Notes: generated from the sequence alone by a model not told the origin. A stretch of 32,000 nucleotides of DNA from Caedibacter taeniospiralis (GCF_002803295.2 NZ_PGGB02000004.1:8841-40840); one strand, 5' to 3'; positions 7,782-17,687 are shown, counted from the stretch's first letter. Numbers and translations are program-made.

Positions 7782-10123
7782 TTTGTACCCTTTTTAGAGG
7801 TGGTGTTGGCTTGAGGTGGTATTTGCTTAAACAGATCATTCAATGTATTTTCTGAGCTCTGTTGCAGGTATTGGTTTGAGAGGTTCTTTATGTGCCGTAA
7901 TTTCTCAGTAATGAGCGCTTTATTTTCATTGAGTTTTAAACCTTGCATTGTATTTAACTGATAGAACAGCTTGTATAACTGTTCGCCATTAACCAGATGC
8001 AAGGCTAAAGCTGACTGAGTTAAATCAAAATATTCATTGTTCAATTTAGCTTCAAGCTCAATGGGATCAAATAGAACACTATCGGTTAAAAGCTCATTGC
8101 TTAGCGATGAATCCTGGTGATTTTGGGTTGAAGCATTGGCGTTTTGCTGCAAGTTGGCATCTGTACTACCATTCATCTCATGACTAACTAAGTCTGCATC
8201 TACCCCGTCTAAATAGTTGCTTGTTGTCATACCTTCCTGCAATAGGCTCGAGCTTAGGGGTAAAACATCCATTTTTTTATAGTCATGCTTTCCAAGGGCA
8301 ATTTTAACGGAACGTACAAAAGCGATTCCATAAGGTTCTACCTTTAAAAGGTGGTTAATGGAGATGTGTTTGGTTTTTTTAGGCGCCGCATAAAAAGAGC
8401 GCATGCGTACGATATTTGATTTAAAGAAAACATGGGCCTCGCCTGGGAGCTGATCTTTTAGATCCATCAGATCAATTCTTGCACGTTTCTCAATACCTGC
8501 TTCTTTAGAATCTTTGTAACCTAAACTATTGCCATCCTGCCCCATGTTATAACTTCTAACGGTTGAAACATAAGCCTCTCCTGCTGTTTTGTTAAAAAAG
8601 TCCCAGGTTTCGGTGGGATCTTCAAGCTTCATGCACAACTTAATATTTGTATTTGCAAAAATTGAAGCTGCTTCTTCTTTCGATGCTTTTTGGAATGCGG
8701 GGATGTCTTGCCCTGCAAAGACAACAGAGAATCCAAGTGAGCGTGCCTGGGCAGGAACCACAGCAAACCCTTGTACAGCGTAGTAACCATATTCATCCAG
8801 GATACATAAAAATGGGGTGTCAGAATTAGAAGGTTTAGATTCAATGACTTTTTTGTACTCCCCTTGAATCTTTGAACCAAGACCCGCAGCAAGCATGGCT
8901 TTTAATGAGGCAATAATTAATTTCCCCAAGTTAGACAGCTCATCAGGTGATTTCTCCAGTGCAGGAAGTAAGACCACAAGAATACGCCGATTCAGGATGA
9001 CATCGCTGAAATCAACATCCGCAAGATTAGTGCGCATGATGTGTGCATAAACATCAGCCAGTGAGCCAAATATGCGCGTTAATTGCATGGTGATATAACC
9101 ATGTTGTTCGTAGGTTTTATCCGATTGTTTCCCGACGTTTTTCTGTTGATAGCCAGGCAGAGTTGCAAGGTAGTTATACATAGGATCGGTAACATCAGTA
9201 GGCAAGACCTCCTGAATCATTATTATGTTATTGTTATGATCCAACACCTTTTGCTTATGCAGCAGATCTTCAACAACGTCAAGAATAAAATATCTACGAA
9301 TCGTGTTAGCCTCAAGTAACAGATAACCCTTGTCTCTCAGGTAAACCAACAGGCGCATCAAGGCTTCAACAAAAGAAATTGCTCGACCTTTCCACATATC
9401 GCCATCACCGCCTCCACTATCCGAAGAAGACATCATGCTGACAATCAATTGTGATAACATGCTTGAAGAACCCAAAGCGAAGGGATTTAAGGTATTGGAT
9501 ATCCTGTCTTTTTGGGGACCAATAATATCTTCAGCCCCCGTCATATAGTTGATAACTAACAGATCATCCTCTCGTCCCATATATTTAGCCATCGAAAAGA
9601 CTTGTGCATAAAGAGAATTGTCCCCTTTCCCATCCACATAAATAAATCCCGATCCTTGTGAAAGCGCATTAAATGCGATAGACAGAAGCGTTTGAGTCTT
9701 ACCAGAACCCGTTGAACCAAGAATAAGCGCATGAGTACGCATGTCTTCATCACTAAACCAGATTTCCTGATTAGTGCTGATGTCGTTACCAAAAAAGTAA
9801 AGACCCGATGGCTTTGAAATTTTCTTTTGTAGTAAGTTGCTATTTGATAAATCTGGGTGTTGCGCCCCTAGAGGAAGACGAAAGGGTAATATCGGAATTT
9901 GCCAAAATGCGTTCCAGAAAATTACTAATACAAATAAAAAGAGTAAGTCACTAATAAGGGGTAACCAGGTTAAGGCAAATAATGAGATTAAAATTAAACA
10001 GATGCTTCCTAAGCGCGAGGAAGCTAAGTCATAGATCTGAAAAATTAAACCACGCGTGTCACGGATGCTGTCATTTGGGCGCGCTTCTTGCGCGCGCGCA
10101 AGTCCTCGTAGACCTTTACTCAT
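7778..10123 (-). CDS. dotL: Dot/Icm type IV coupling protein ATPase DotL/IcmO
   Basis: Walker A GSTGSGKT, Walker B-like FLCILDEYGYY, N-terminal TMs, VirD4/TraD-type fold, long hydrophilic C-terminal extension. Confidence 0.95.
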   Translation of the reverse strand: MSKGLRGLARAQEARPNDSIRDTRGLIFQIYDLASSRLGSICLILISLFALTWLPLISDLLFLFVLVIFWNAFWQIPILPFRLPLGAQHPDLSNSNLLQKKISKPSGLYFFGNDISTNQEIWFSDEDMRTHALILGSTGSGKTQTLLSIAFNALSQGSGFIYVDGKGDNSLYAQVFSMAKYMGREDDLLVINYMTGAEDIIGPQKDRISNTLNPFALGSSSMLSQLIVSMMSSSDSGGGDGDMWKGRAISFVEALMRLLVYLRDKGYLLLEANTIRRYFILDVVEDLLHKQKVLDHNNNIIMIQEVLPTDVTDPMYNYLATLPGYQQKNVGKQSDKTYEQHGYITMQLTRIFGSLADVYAHIMRTNLADVDFSDVILNRRILVVLLPALEKSPDELSNLGKLIIASLKAMLAAGLGSKIQGEYKKVIESKPSNSDTPFLCILDEYGYYAVQGFAVVPAQARSLGFSVVFAGQDIPAFQKASKEEAASIFANTNIKLCMKLEDPTETWDFFNKTAGEAYVSTVRSYNMGQDGNSLGYKDSKEAGIEKRARIDLMDLKDQLPGEAHVFFKSNIVRMRSFYAAPKKTKHISINHLLKVEPYGIAFVRSVKIALGKHDYKKMDVLPLSSSLLQEGMTTSNYLDGVDADLVSHEMNGSTDANLQQNANASTQNHQDSSLSNELLTDSVLFDPIELEAKLNNEYFDLTQSALALHLVNGEQLYKLFYQLNTMQGLKLNENKALITEKLRHIKNLSNQYLQQSSENTLNDLFKQIPPQANTTSKKGTK

Positions 10124-10373
10124 TTGAGCTCACTTTCTCCACTAGTTTTTCACGACCAAATAGCCATTCGCGCACATTCAATAAAAATACCCATAACGTT
10201 ATCTGGTAACGGTTAAGGATAAATAAGAGAATGCACATTGCGATACACAAGCATAATGTCCATGGTCTGAAGTGAAATAAGCAGAGTAAGATAGGCAGGA
10301 ACACCTGTGCTTCGATGATAAAAAATTTGGGCTTTCTGCCGGAGTCTCGCCAGTGAGTTTGACTGTTATGCAT
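10116..10373 (-). CDS. icmT: Dot/Icm protein IcmT (TraK-like)
   Basis: MHNSQTHWRDSGRKPKFFIIEAQVFLPILLCLFHFRPWTLCLCI..., the IcmT signature 'THWRD..R.P.FF..(D/E)A...P'. 85 aa with ATG start at 10373. Confidence 0.92.
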   Translation of the reverse strand: MHNSQTHWRDSGRKPKFFIIEAQVFLPILLCLFHFRPWTLCLCIAMCILLFILNRYQITLWVFLLNVREWLFGREKLVEKVSSNE

Positions 10374-11499
10374 TCTGTTTCCCCTTAAACTGCGGCTGGC
10401 AATAAAGTTCAAAAGTTTGTGGGCTAATTAGTCCCTTTTGCAGTAAATGATTGGCATGGTGTTCAACAGAAGTGCTGTTTTGCTCCATGGCGTTATTGAT
10501 CATATCTGCAGCATCATCAAGGGTAGATGACAACAGTTTTGCCCTAAGATGAGCATCAAGAATGATGTATTCTCTTAGGGCCGTGCGTTTCCCATCAGCA
10601 CTTGGGATAAGGGTTTGCCAGATGATTGCTGAAACGCTACTGAAAAAATCGTAGTAGATGCGTTGCTTTTCCGCCTGAGGAAAAAGCATCAGCAATCGGT
10701 TGACTGCTTGAGTCACTGATTGACTGTGCAGTGTACTAAAAACGCTATGCCCCGTCAGTGCTGCTTCAATGACCGCCGAAATAGTTTCATTGTCACGTGA
10801 CTCGCCAACCATGATGGCTGTTGGAGTTCGCCTAAGTGCATTTCTAATGGCATAGGCAAAGTTAGGCAGGCACCTTGGAACTTCAGATTGTGCTGCGATG
10901 GAATTTACGGTGTGTGATGGCAAAATATATTCTATAGGCGCTTCAAAGGTAATAATTTTCTCACCGGTGACACTTTTTTTTGCCCGTAATGTCAGCATTG
11001 AAGCAAGCAGTGTCGATTTCCCTGAGCCAGTTGCGCCGCATACCAGAACTATGCCTTTGTCGATAAAACTTAAATTAATGAGATCCTGTGGCAGTAATAA
11101 GGTGTCTATGGGGGGCGGAGTTGTACTTAGAATTCGCATGGAGACTTGAATACCAAGCTTTTCATATTGGTTAATTAAGCTCGCATTAACCCTAAATCTT
11201 AGTTTTTCACTTGTTGTCACATGATGGGTGTAGCTAAAATCTAAATCATTACCCGTTAATACTTTAGCAGAAGCGTTGCTGCCATAGAGCAAATTAATAA
11301 AATCTTCAATTTCATTGCTGCTAAGATTTCTACTGGTAAGCCTGATGTGCTGACCATAGCGCATGCCAAACACAGGGCTATCCGTTTGCGCAGTTAAATC
11401 GCTGATATTATTTCGTACCGCATAAGTTAGCAGCATGTCGTAATGACAATGTAGAAAATAAGGCGGTTCATGCTCAAACAGAGCGGATGCTAAAATCAT
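10366..11499 (-). CDS. dotB: Dot/Icm secretion ATPase DotB
   Basis: PilT/VirB11-type ATPase: Walker A VCGATGSGKST, Asp box IITFEAPIEYI, Walker B AIMVGESRDNETISAVIEAALTGHSVFSTLHS. Confidence 0.95.
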   Translation of the reverse strand: MILASALFEHEPPYFLHCHYDMLLTYAVRNNISDLTAQTDSPVFGMRYGQHIRLTSRNLSSNEIEDFINLLYGSNASAKVLTGNDLDFSYTHHVTTSEKLRFRVNASLINQYEKLGIQVSMRILSTTPPPIDTLLLPQDLINLSFIDKGIVLVCGATGSGKSTLLASMLTLRAKKSVTGEKIITFEAPIEYILPSHTVNSIAAQSEVPRCLPNFAYAIRNALRRTPTAIMVGESRDNETISAVIEAALTGHSVFSTLHSQSVTQAVNRLLMLFPQAEKQRIYYDFFSSVSAIIWQTLIPSADGKRTALREYIILDAHLRAKLLSSTLDDAADMINNAMEQNSTSVEHHANHLLQKGLISPQTFELYCQPQFKGKQNA

Positions 11500-11505
11500 A
11501 GTAAC

Positions 11506-12264
11506 TCACTTATTTTTTACCACAGCGTTATCCAGGGGATCAAGCATGACTTGCCACAATTTGGTATTGTTTTGAAATTGTGGCTCAATAGTTAAGTTGA
11601 TCTCATGATTATCAATCGCCAAGTTATGGCTGTCTGAAACAATCGATTTTATCTCTGTTGTGATATAAGGAGGAACAATCATATTACGGTTGATCAGTTC
11701 ATAATACATAAGCATTCCACGAAAATCCCGATTTAATTCATGGACATGTTGCTTAAAGATATCAATAGCCTGCTCGACTCCTTGTTCCCAGCCGTAGTGA
11801 ATTGCGATTTTCCAGATCTTTTGTTCTTGCTCATTCTGTGGCAGCACGGAACGATCAGGGAACTCAGGTTGAGAGAAATTTGTCACTAAGTAATCTCGCC
11901 ACGTAGGAACGGTTGAGACAAAATAGGCTTGTTTTGTAATGTGATACAGCTGACCATTTAGGGTAATTTTACGATTGCCAGCATCAATGTTAGATCGATT
12001 ATAACCAGTTTCAATGACCGGCGGCAAAATGTGGTCAGTGAGTAACAAGCCGTTGAAATTATAGGTTTGGTATAACATGGCTGATAATTTTTGCAGGCTT
12101 TGATTCAGCATGGTTTGACCCTCATATAATCCGCTTTGCGTCCCTAGTTCTAATGCCGCTTCTTTAATAGCTTTTTGCCGCATCGTCAGATGTGATTGGT
12201 CGTACTTAACGATGGGCGCATCGCTGTTTAGATTTGCTAGCTGATGTAAATCGATTGCGACCAT
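11506..12264 (-). CDS. dotC: Dot/Icm protein DotC, lacking signal peptide/lipobox
   Basis: RQKAIKEAALELGTQSGLY...YNFNGLLLTDHILPPVIETG...ITKQAYFVSTVPTWRDYL...PPYITTE matches the DotC pattern. The N-terminus MVAIDLHQL has no hydrophobic leader. Confidence 0.9.
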   Translation of the reverse strand: MVAIDLHQLANLNSDAPIVKYDQSHLTMRQKAIKEAALELGTQSGLYEGQTMLNQSLQKLSAMLYQTYNFNGLLLTDHILPPVIETGYNRSNIDAGNRKITLNGQLYHITKQAYFVSTVPTWRDYLVTNFSQPEFPDRSVLPQNEQEQKIWKIAIHYGWEQGVEQAIDIFKQHVHELNRDFRGMLMYYELINRNMIVPPYITTEIKSIVSDSHNLAIDNHEINLTIEPQFQNNTKLWQVMLDPLDNAVVKNK

Positions 12265-12266
12265 GT

Positions 12267-12752
12267 TTACAAATACCTGACACTGATGACTTTAGCTTCT
12301 GGGTTAATGTTTACACTGGCTTGCTTTCCTGATTGAACAGCAATATCTCTTAGGAGATTTAGTGCTGTGTCGTTGACAGGAGTATCAAGCTGACCAATGA
12401 TAACAATAATCGGGAATGGTGGTGTTTTGCCGAAATATTGGACTTTGTAATTTACTGCTGAGCCAATTTGAGTCAGCACATTTTCTAAAGGTCCATAATA
12501 GGTTAGTGACAACGTCTTTAAAAGCGCTTCATCTTTCACACTAGCAAATGGAATGTCAGGATTACCATAGCGAATTGTGTTAGAGCGATTAAGTGCATTA
12601 AGTGATTGTTGCACAGATTCACTGGAATCTTTCAGCTCATTAATGATCAAGCTGTTAATATACTCAGGCTGGTACTTTTCTGGTGGATTGTTACTGACGT
12701 GACTGCATGCACTAAGCAATAGCAGACTTAACAATAATAGATTCTTTTTCAT
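12267..12752 (-). CDS. dotD: Dot/Icm lipoprotein DotD
   Basis: Lipobox LLLLSAC near the N-terminus, DotD-like domain (SLTYYGPLENVLTQIGSAVNYKVQYFG...), position next to dotC. Confidence 0.88.
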   Translation of the reverse strand: MKKNLLLLSLLLLSACSHVSNNPPEKYQPEYINSLIINELKDSSESVQQSLNALNRSNTIRYGNPDIPFASVKDEALLKTLSLTYYGPLENVLTQIGSAVNYKVQYFGKTPPFPIIVIIGQLDTPVNDTALNLLRDIAVQSGKQASVNINPEAKVISVRYL

Positions 12753-12808
12753 GGGTGATATTTATCCAAGTGAAGATTGGTTAGGTTTATTGAAGATTGA
12801 CACACGTA

Positions 12809-13222
12809 TTATGATTTATCAAAAATATCTTTATCAATAGTAAACTCTTGAACCGAGTCACCTTTACCCATATTTTTGGAAATCGTTGATTGAAACATCT
12901 GAATTCCAGGGACTAAACAGGTCAGCAAAACGCCAAGTACCAGGTGACCCCCACCGTTTTTAATGTGTTCACCTTGCGATTGGGCGCCCTGGTTATGATG
13001 TTTTCTAAAAAGCTGAATAGCGCTATAAATAAACCACATCCCCACTAAAGTGGCGACAATTGAGATAAATGTCTTTATCTGACTAAAGAAGGTTATAATG
13101 CCTGTTGCCCAGGCCTTAAAATCCCCTGTTGTACCGTCAGCATAGCTTATTGTGCACGTCATGGCTAAGAAGAATATAACCGCCATGGTTTTTGTGATCG
13201 TCGATTTATTGATGTATTTCAT
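12809..13222 (-). CDS. icmD: Dot/Icm IcmD/DotP-like inner-membrane protein
   Basis: About 137 aa, signal-like N-terminus, two further TMs with a short basic loop 'FRKHHNQG'. ATG at 13222 has a GGAG SD. Confidence 0.6.
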   Translation of the reverse strand: MKYINKSTITKTMAVIFFLAMTCTISYADGTTGDFKAWATGIITFFSQIKTFISIVATLVGMWFIYSAIQLFRKHHNQGAQSQGEHIKNGGGHLVLGVLLTCLVPGIQMFQSTISKNMGKGDSVQEFTIDKDIFDKS

Positions 13223-13341
13223 GTTTTTCTCCGTTGGTTTGCTTATTGTAAATTTAACTATCAATCTTAATTTCAGTGATTAAACCTTGACTTTGACAAT
13301 ATTTTGTCCAAGTTAAAGTGTGCGTTGCTGGCGTACATTCA

Positions 13342-13359
13342 ACCCTGATCACTCAGGGT
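13342..13359. promoter_or_regulatory. Perfect 7-bp hairpin between dotE/icmC and icmD
   Basis: ACCCTGA (13342-13348) - TCAC - TCAGGGT (13353-13359). Confidence 0.6.
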
Positions 13360-13396
13360 AAATAATTTGCCCATACTTCAATTTCACAGATCCTCT

Positions 13397-14017
13397 TTAT
13401 CCACCGTGAAGATATTTCTCAACATCGTAGATGTTGTTGATAATATCCAGACAAGCGGCAGCATTCATTCCAACAATTCCTGCAATCAGGTGACTGATCA
13501 CCTGACCAATTCCCCCCTCTCTTTGCCCCTCAGAGACTTTAATCATGAGAAAAATGCCACGAATTAAAGAAATAAATCCTACAATTGCCAACAGCGAAAA
13601 AATCAAATATTTTTGCGCCACGTCAACATCCTGAGCCTTACTGGCTTCAGATGCGTAGGCACTGATGGCATTAATCGGGTCAAGCGCCATCTCTTTAGGG
13701 AATAAAGTAGTGGTTAGCATGTCCAAAAAACCAGTGATTGACAGTAAGACAACCCCTGCAAAAAACATAAGCACCGTAGTGGACGGTGCATAATAGCGAA
13801 ACATTTGCTGAGTCTTTCCGTGTTTTGTTAAACGGATAAACGCCATAAACAAAATACAAAAACCGATGATGATACCGATCCCACGCACAAGATCAAACAC
13901 GGTGTAGTCCATACCACCTGTACCCGTGCCCCCAAGTAAATTCTTGATGATATCGGTTATATATTGGATGATTTCGCTATCGTTTGTGCTACCAGCTATA
14001 AGTGGCATAGTGTTCAT
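13397..14017 (-). CDS. icmC: Dot/Icm IcmC/DotE-like membrane protein
   Basis: Multiple TMs and the C-terminal pattern GGIGQVISHLIAGIVGMNAAACLDIINNIYD, as in IcmC ('G..HVIGGILAMN......QIINN'). Confidence 0.75.
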   Translation of the reverse strand: MNTMPLIAGSTNDSEIIQYITDIIKNLLGGTGTGGMDYTVFDLVRGIGIIIGFCILFMAFIRLTKHGKTQQMFRYYAPSTTVLMFFAGVVLLSITGFLDMLTTTLFPKEMALDPINAISAYASEASKAQDVDVAQKYLIFSLLAIVGFISLIRGIFLMIKVSEGQREGGIGQVISHLIAGIVGMNAAACLDIINNIYDVEKYLHGG

Positions 14018-14250
14018 AGCCTTTGATTTAACCTAAGCCGCATTATTTGTCAGCATCATAGTTTTCTCAACAGATTTGGGATAACTTCATCATTTTGTCT
14101 TAAAGAAGTAATAGTTTTTCAATGAGCTGAAAAATTGCATACATTATGTTACGTAGTTTTACGGTTTTTTCTTTTTGGAAAATATTGTAATATTGCACCT
14201 GAATTAAACTGTAATAATATGTAAAATTCATTGCTAATTATGGGGAATAT

Positions 14251-14853
14251 ATGACGCAACATCAATTTGCCTTTTTTGAAAAGGATAAATACGGAAAATT
14301 AGTTAACATCAATAAACAATATTTAACTTACCTTGGAATTCAAGATGAAAAGGAGCTCTGTGGTAAAAGTGAGGTAGACATAGCTGAGCTTAAGCCATTT
14401 CATAAGATGTACTCAATTGGTGAACAGGAAGCTCGTTTGCTTAAGGGTGTATCAGTACAAAAAGAATTATTTTATTTTAGTGATAAGGGTCCTGAATCCA
14501 TTATTACGACACGAACATATCTTAATCTGGATAAAGTCGAAATTAGAGGGTTCTTTTTTAAGATAGCAAAGACGCCAGTAACATGGGATGGTAAAAACCT
14601 CACTATATGGAATTATTTTAAACCTGTGAAATTACCCCTTTTGAAATTTTATGTGCTTACATTAAAATGTCGTGGACACAACAATCTTGAAATCGCCAAT
14701 CGTACTTTCAGAGCAGAATCTACTATAAGAAACATCGTTCAGGACTTATATTGCGCATTTGAGGTGTACGACTTTGTCACGCTGGCTCGTTATTATGATT
14801 TAGGTGGCTGGCTAAATAAACTCACTATGCAATTATTGAGTGAAAGATTTTAG
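14251..14853 (+). CDS. PAS-like plus divergent LuxR-type HTH regulator
   Basis: N-terminal PAS-like FFEKDKYGKLVNINKQYLTYLG; C-terminal LTLKCRGHNNLEIANRTFRAESTIRNIVQDLYCAFEVYDFVTLARYY. Transcribed divergently from dotE. Confidence 0.6.
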   Translation: MTQHQFAFFEKDKYGKLVNINKQYLTYLGIQDEKELCGKSEVDIAELKPFHKMYSIGEQEARLLKGVSVQKELFYFSDKGPESIITTRTYLNLDKVEIRGFFFKIAKTPVTWDGKNLTIWNYFKPVKLPLLKFYVLTLKCRGHNNLEIANRTFRAESTIRNIVQDLYCAFEVYDFVTLARYYDLGGWLNKLTMQLLSERF

Positions 14854-14858
14854 GCTTA

Positions 14859-15623
14859 CTATTGTTCGTGCTCTTGCTCTTTTGCATGCTGCCACTGAAC
14901 AGGGGCGCTAAACAGATACCCCACTCCATGGACAGTTTTTATTATCTGAGGATTTTTAGCATCAACCTCTATTTTGTTTCTGACTCTCATAACCATCATA
15001 TCTACATTTCGATCAAATCCACTGTATTCTCTACCATACAACGTTTGAACAAGCATCTCTCTTGATAGAGGTTCTCCGTTATTTTCGATCAACAAATGCA
15101 GTATATCAAACTCTCTTGTTGTTAGCTCAACAGACATACCATTAGTGTGCACAAGTGAACGCTCCCTGGTGTTGAAGCACCAATCTTTGAAGTAGGCAAG
15201 ATATGGGTGATGTGGTTCAAATTGTGAGGCTTCTGCTTTTAAAGTTGTTCTGCGTAGCACTGATTTGATTGTGGCAAGGAGAACCTTTGGATTAAATGGT
15301 TTTGTTACATAGTGGTCTGCACCTACCTCATAGGAAAGCACACGGTCAATATCGTCATCAGAGGCTGTTAGCATAATGGTTGGGATAGCGTGTTTAGTCT
15401 GTAGTCTTTTGCAAAACTCAATGCCATTTTCCATCGGTAAATTAATGTCCAGCAAAATCAAGCTTGGTTTTTGTAGATCAATCATTCTCGTTGCATCGCG
15501 CGTGTTGCTTGCAGTGATCACCTGGTAATTAGCTTCAGTTAAACTCTTGGACAGTAAGTTTCTTATTTCCCTATCATCATCAATAATTAGAATGATCGGT
15601 CGTGCAATAATATGTTGTGTCAT
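14859..15623 (-). CDS. OmpR/PhoB-family response regulator
   Basis: REC domain IILIIDDDREIRNLLSKSL...LILLDINLPMENG...PTIMLTA...VGADHYVTKPFNP; winged helix LTTREFDILHLLIENNGEPLSREMLVQTLYGREYSGFDRNVDMMVMRVRNKIE...IKTVHGVGYLF. Confidence 0.95.
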   Translation of the reverse strand: MTQHIIARPIILIIDDDREIRNLLSKSLTEANYQVITASNTRDATRMIDLQKPSLILLDINLPMENGIEFCKRLQTKHAIPTIMLTASDDDIDRVLSYEVGADHYVTKPFNPKVLLATIKSVLRRTTLKAEASQFEPHHPYLAYFKDWCFNTRERSLVHTNGMSVELTTREFDILHLLIENNGEPLSREMLVQTLYGREYSGFDRNVDMMVMRVRNKIEVDAKNPQIIKTVHGVGYLFSAPVQWQHAKEQEHEQ

Positions 15624-15937
15624 TGTGTTTTCTCCCTGTTTTAGTTACATGCACACCTGGCACTTCTTTGTTAGGTAAAGTTCTCATCTGATAACTTAAC
15701 AGCAACAGCTCAATCACTTGGTTTGTTGCTTATGGACTTAACTGAAGTAGTCAAGCATTTATATTGTCAGACAGTAAAACTGCTTAGGATACTTACCCAT
15801 CGTAAATCATCCCCTTAAAGCAATACTGCAAGGTAGCGCCAGTATATACCGTAAGATAGGCTAATTCAAGGTGTTGAATTTCCTTGCGCGAAAAAGTGAC
15901 TGGGGGAGGTAAGGTCTCAACCCTACCGTATTTTAAC

Positions 15938-15965
15938 GTGGAGACGGATTAGAACCCGTCTCTAC
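15938..15965. terminator. Hairpin 3' of the LuxR-type gene, candidate terminator
   Basis: GTGGAGACGG (15938-15947) / CCGTCTCTAC (15956-15965), one G-T wobble, 8-nt loop. Only weak A/T sequence follows on the minus strand. First base or two of the left arm are approximate. Confidence 0.4.
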
Positions 15966-15983
15966 ATTGCGCGCTACCCCGTG

Positions 15984-16802
15984 CTACATTAATAACCAAT
16001 AGCGCTTCGCATAATCAAACAATTCATAGCTTTCGGCTAATCCAAGGACTTGTTTTAGGTGCTGTGTATAATTATCCACACTTCGACTAGAAACTTTCAT
16101 CCGCTCTGCCAGTGTATTTTTTTCCGTGATCCCACGACCCAAGAGAGTAAAATACTGCATCTCCTTATCACTTAAGTTAAGGCTTAGCTGAATATTTTTA
16201 TCCTTGGCTGTTTTTAGCCAGTGCGGTGGCAATGTTAGTGAAGTAAGTTGCTCTGAATATAGTGTAAATTCATCAAAATATTTTGTGATTAAAGGGGCAA
16301 TATGAGAAATAAGTTTATTCAACATATGATACAAGTCACTCACGCGTAAATAGAGCGAAAGAATGTTGTGTATGCCCTCAAAGTACAATATAAAACGATG
16401 AATACTATTATCAAGCCAAAAGTAATAAGATATGGCATAACAATCACCATATTTGGAGTGCTCTGGGGTAAAAAGGTCTTGCCAGGCTTTGGCGTGCACC
16501 GCTATTTCAGACAAATGGCAAAAACGTGGTAATAATGCGATTAAATCATAGTTTAAATAAGGATCTTCATAACGGTACCGACTTTTGCCACCATGAAAGC
16601 GATAAGCATAAGGATGATGATGCAAAGGGGCACACCAGGTAAAAGATTCGTTTACCAGCGCGTAATCAAGACCGCAACAGTTAAACGCCCTCAAGATAAC
16701 CTCAAGCTGATCATCTAAATGAAATTGATCAACGTTATGCAGATTATTGCTAATTTCGACACCATTTCCCTGAGTCGTTTTTCTTTTGTCATATGAGGTC
16801 AT
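15984..16802 (-). CDS. LuxR-type HTH regulator
   Basis: C-terminal HTH LNLSDKEMQYFTLLGRGITEKNTLAERMKVSSRSVDNYTQHLKQVLGLAESYELFDYAKRY. Confidence 0.75.
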   Translation of the reverse strand: MTSYDKRKTTQGNGVEISNNLHNVDQFHLDDQLEVILRAFNCCGLDYALVNESFTWCAPLHHHPYAYRFHGGKSRYRYEDPYLNYDLIALLPRFCHLSEIAVHAKAWQDLFTPEHSKYGDCYAISYYFWLDNSIHRFILYFEGIHNILSLYLRVSDLYHMLNKLISHIAPLITKYFDEFTLYSEQLTSLTLPPHWLKTAKDKNIQLSLNLSDKEMQYFTLLGRGITEKNTLAERMKVSSRSVDNYTQHLKQVLGLAESYELFDYAKRYWLLM

Positions 16803-16904
16803 TGAATTGGAAATAGATCAAATTAAGGTGGACGGATATTACTTTACATTCAATAAAAATTCAACCTTAGAGATAGGTTAATCCCTTCCTGGCAAGTAGC
16901 ACTA

Positions 16905-17654
16905 TTAACAACCTTTCGTACTGCTGATCTGCTCTCTTTCCTGCGCCAATTCATGATTGTCGTGAAATATAAACACATCCTGCTGCAAATCTTCGCGTAA
17001 CAATAAATCCGATAACTCACGCATATATTCCCGACAATTTTTATTTAACGTCTCATTGCGGCTCTTACAACACAGATTTAAGCCTATATTTTCTTCCAAC
17101 CAATCACCGTTTAACATCTCGCGCACAATGGCAACCGCATTTTGCAAAGCATATTCCGTTAGCTCAAAGCATAAGACACAAGGACAACTACTATCTAGAG
17201 ATTGGACAAACGAGGTAATCTGCTCATTGGTCATTTGACCGTCTTCTGGTATTTCTACTTTCGACGCATTCTCTGCAACCTCACTGTCCCATTTTTTAAC
17301 CTGCGCATGATTATCTTGCTCTTGCTTTAATTGTGCTTCAAATATTTCCTGTTTAACTTCATATGCCACACTTAATTGGTGATAAAAACTCTCTATTTCC
17401 TCTAGCTTTCGATCCAAGTCTTTTTGAGTTTCTTCATTCAAAACCTCTTTGTAGCGGTGTGCATGCGCAGATGCCTTCAGGTATTGACGCAGTAATAACA
17501 AAAATGCGCCCAGTTTATCCTCTAGAGATTTAAGTTTTCCTTGCTCTTGCTGTAACTGATTTAAAAAATATAGCAGCGGTTTTTTAAACTCAAACTGTTG
17601 CCGTTGCTGCACCAATTGTTGTGACACCTGCTTGATTTCCTGCAATACAACCAT
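16905..17654 (-). CDS. Uncharacterised coiled-coil protein with a Cys-rich C-terminal half
   Basis: Long Q/K/E-rich helical N-terminal half, then SSCPCVLCFELTEYALQNA...IGLNLCCKSRNETLNKNCREYM. Confidence 0.55.
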   Translation of the reverse strand: MVVLQEIKQVSQQLVQQRQQFEFKKPLLYFLNQLQQEQGKLKSLEDKLGAFLLLLRQYLKASAHAHRYKEVLNEETQKDLDRKLEEIESFYHQLSVAYEVKQEIFEAQLKQEQDNHAQVKKWDSEVAENASKVEIPEDGQMTNEQITSFVQSLDSSCPCVLCFELTEYALQNAVAIVREMLNGDWLEENIGLNLCCKSRNETLNKNCREYMRELSDLLLREDLQQDVFIFHDNHELAQEREQISSTKGC

Positions 17655-17687
17655 AAAATCACCTCACCATTTCCTTATATTAATTAA

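Noticed and set aside
15624-15983. tRNA or other structured RNA gene in the intergenic region after the response regulator
   Set aside because: No cloverleaf could be built. The only clear structure is the 15938-15965 hairpin, better explained as a terminator.
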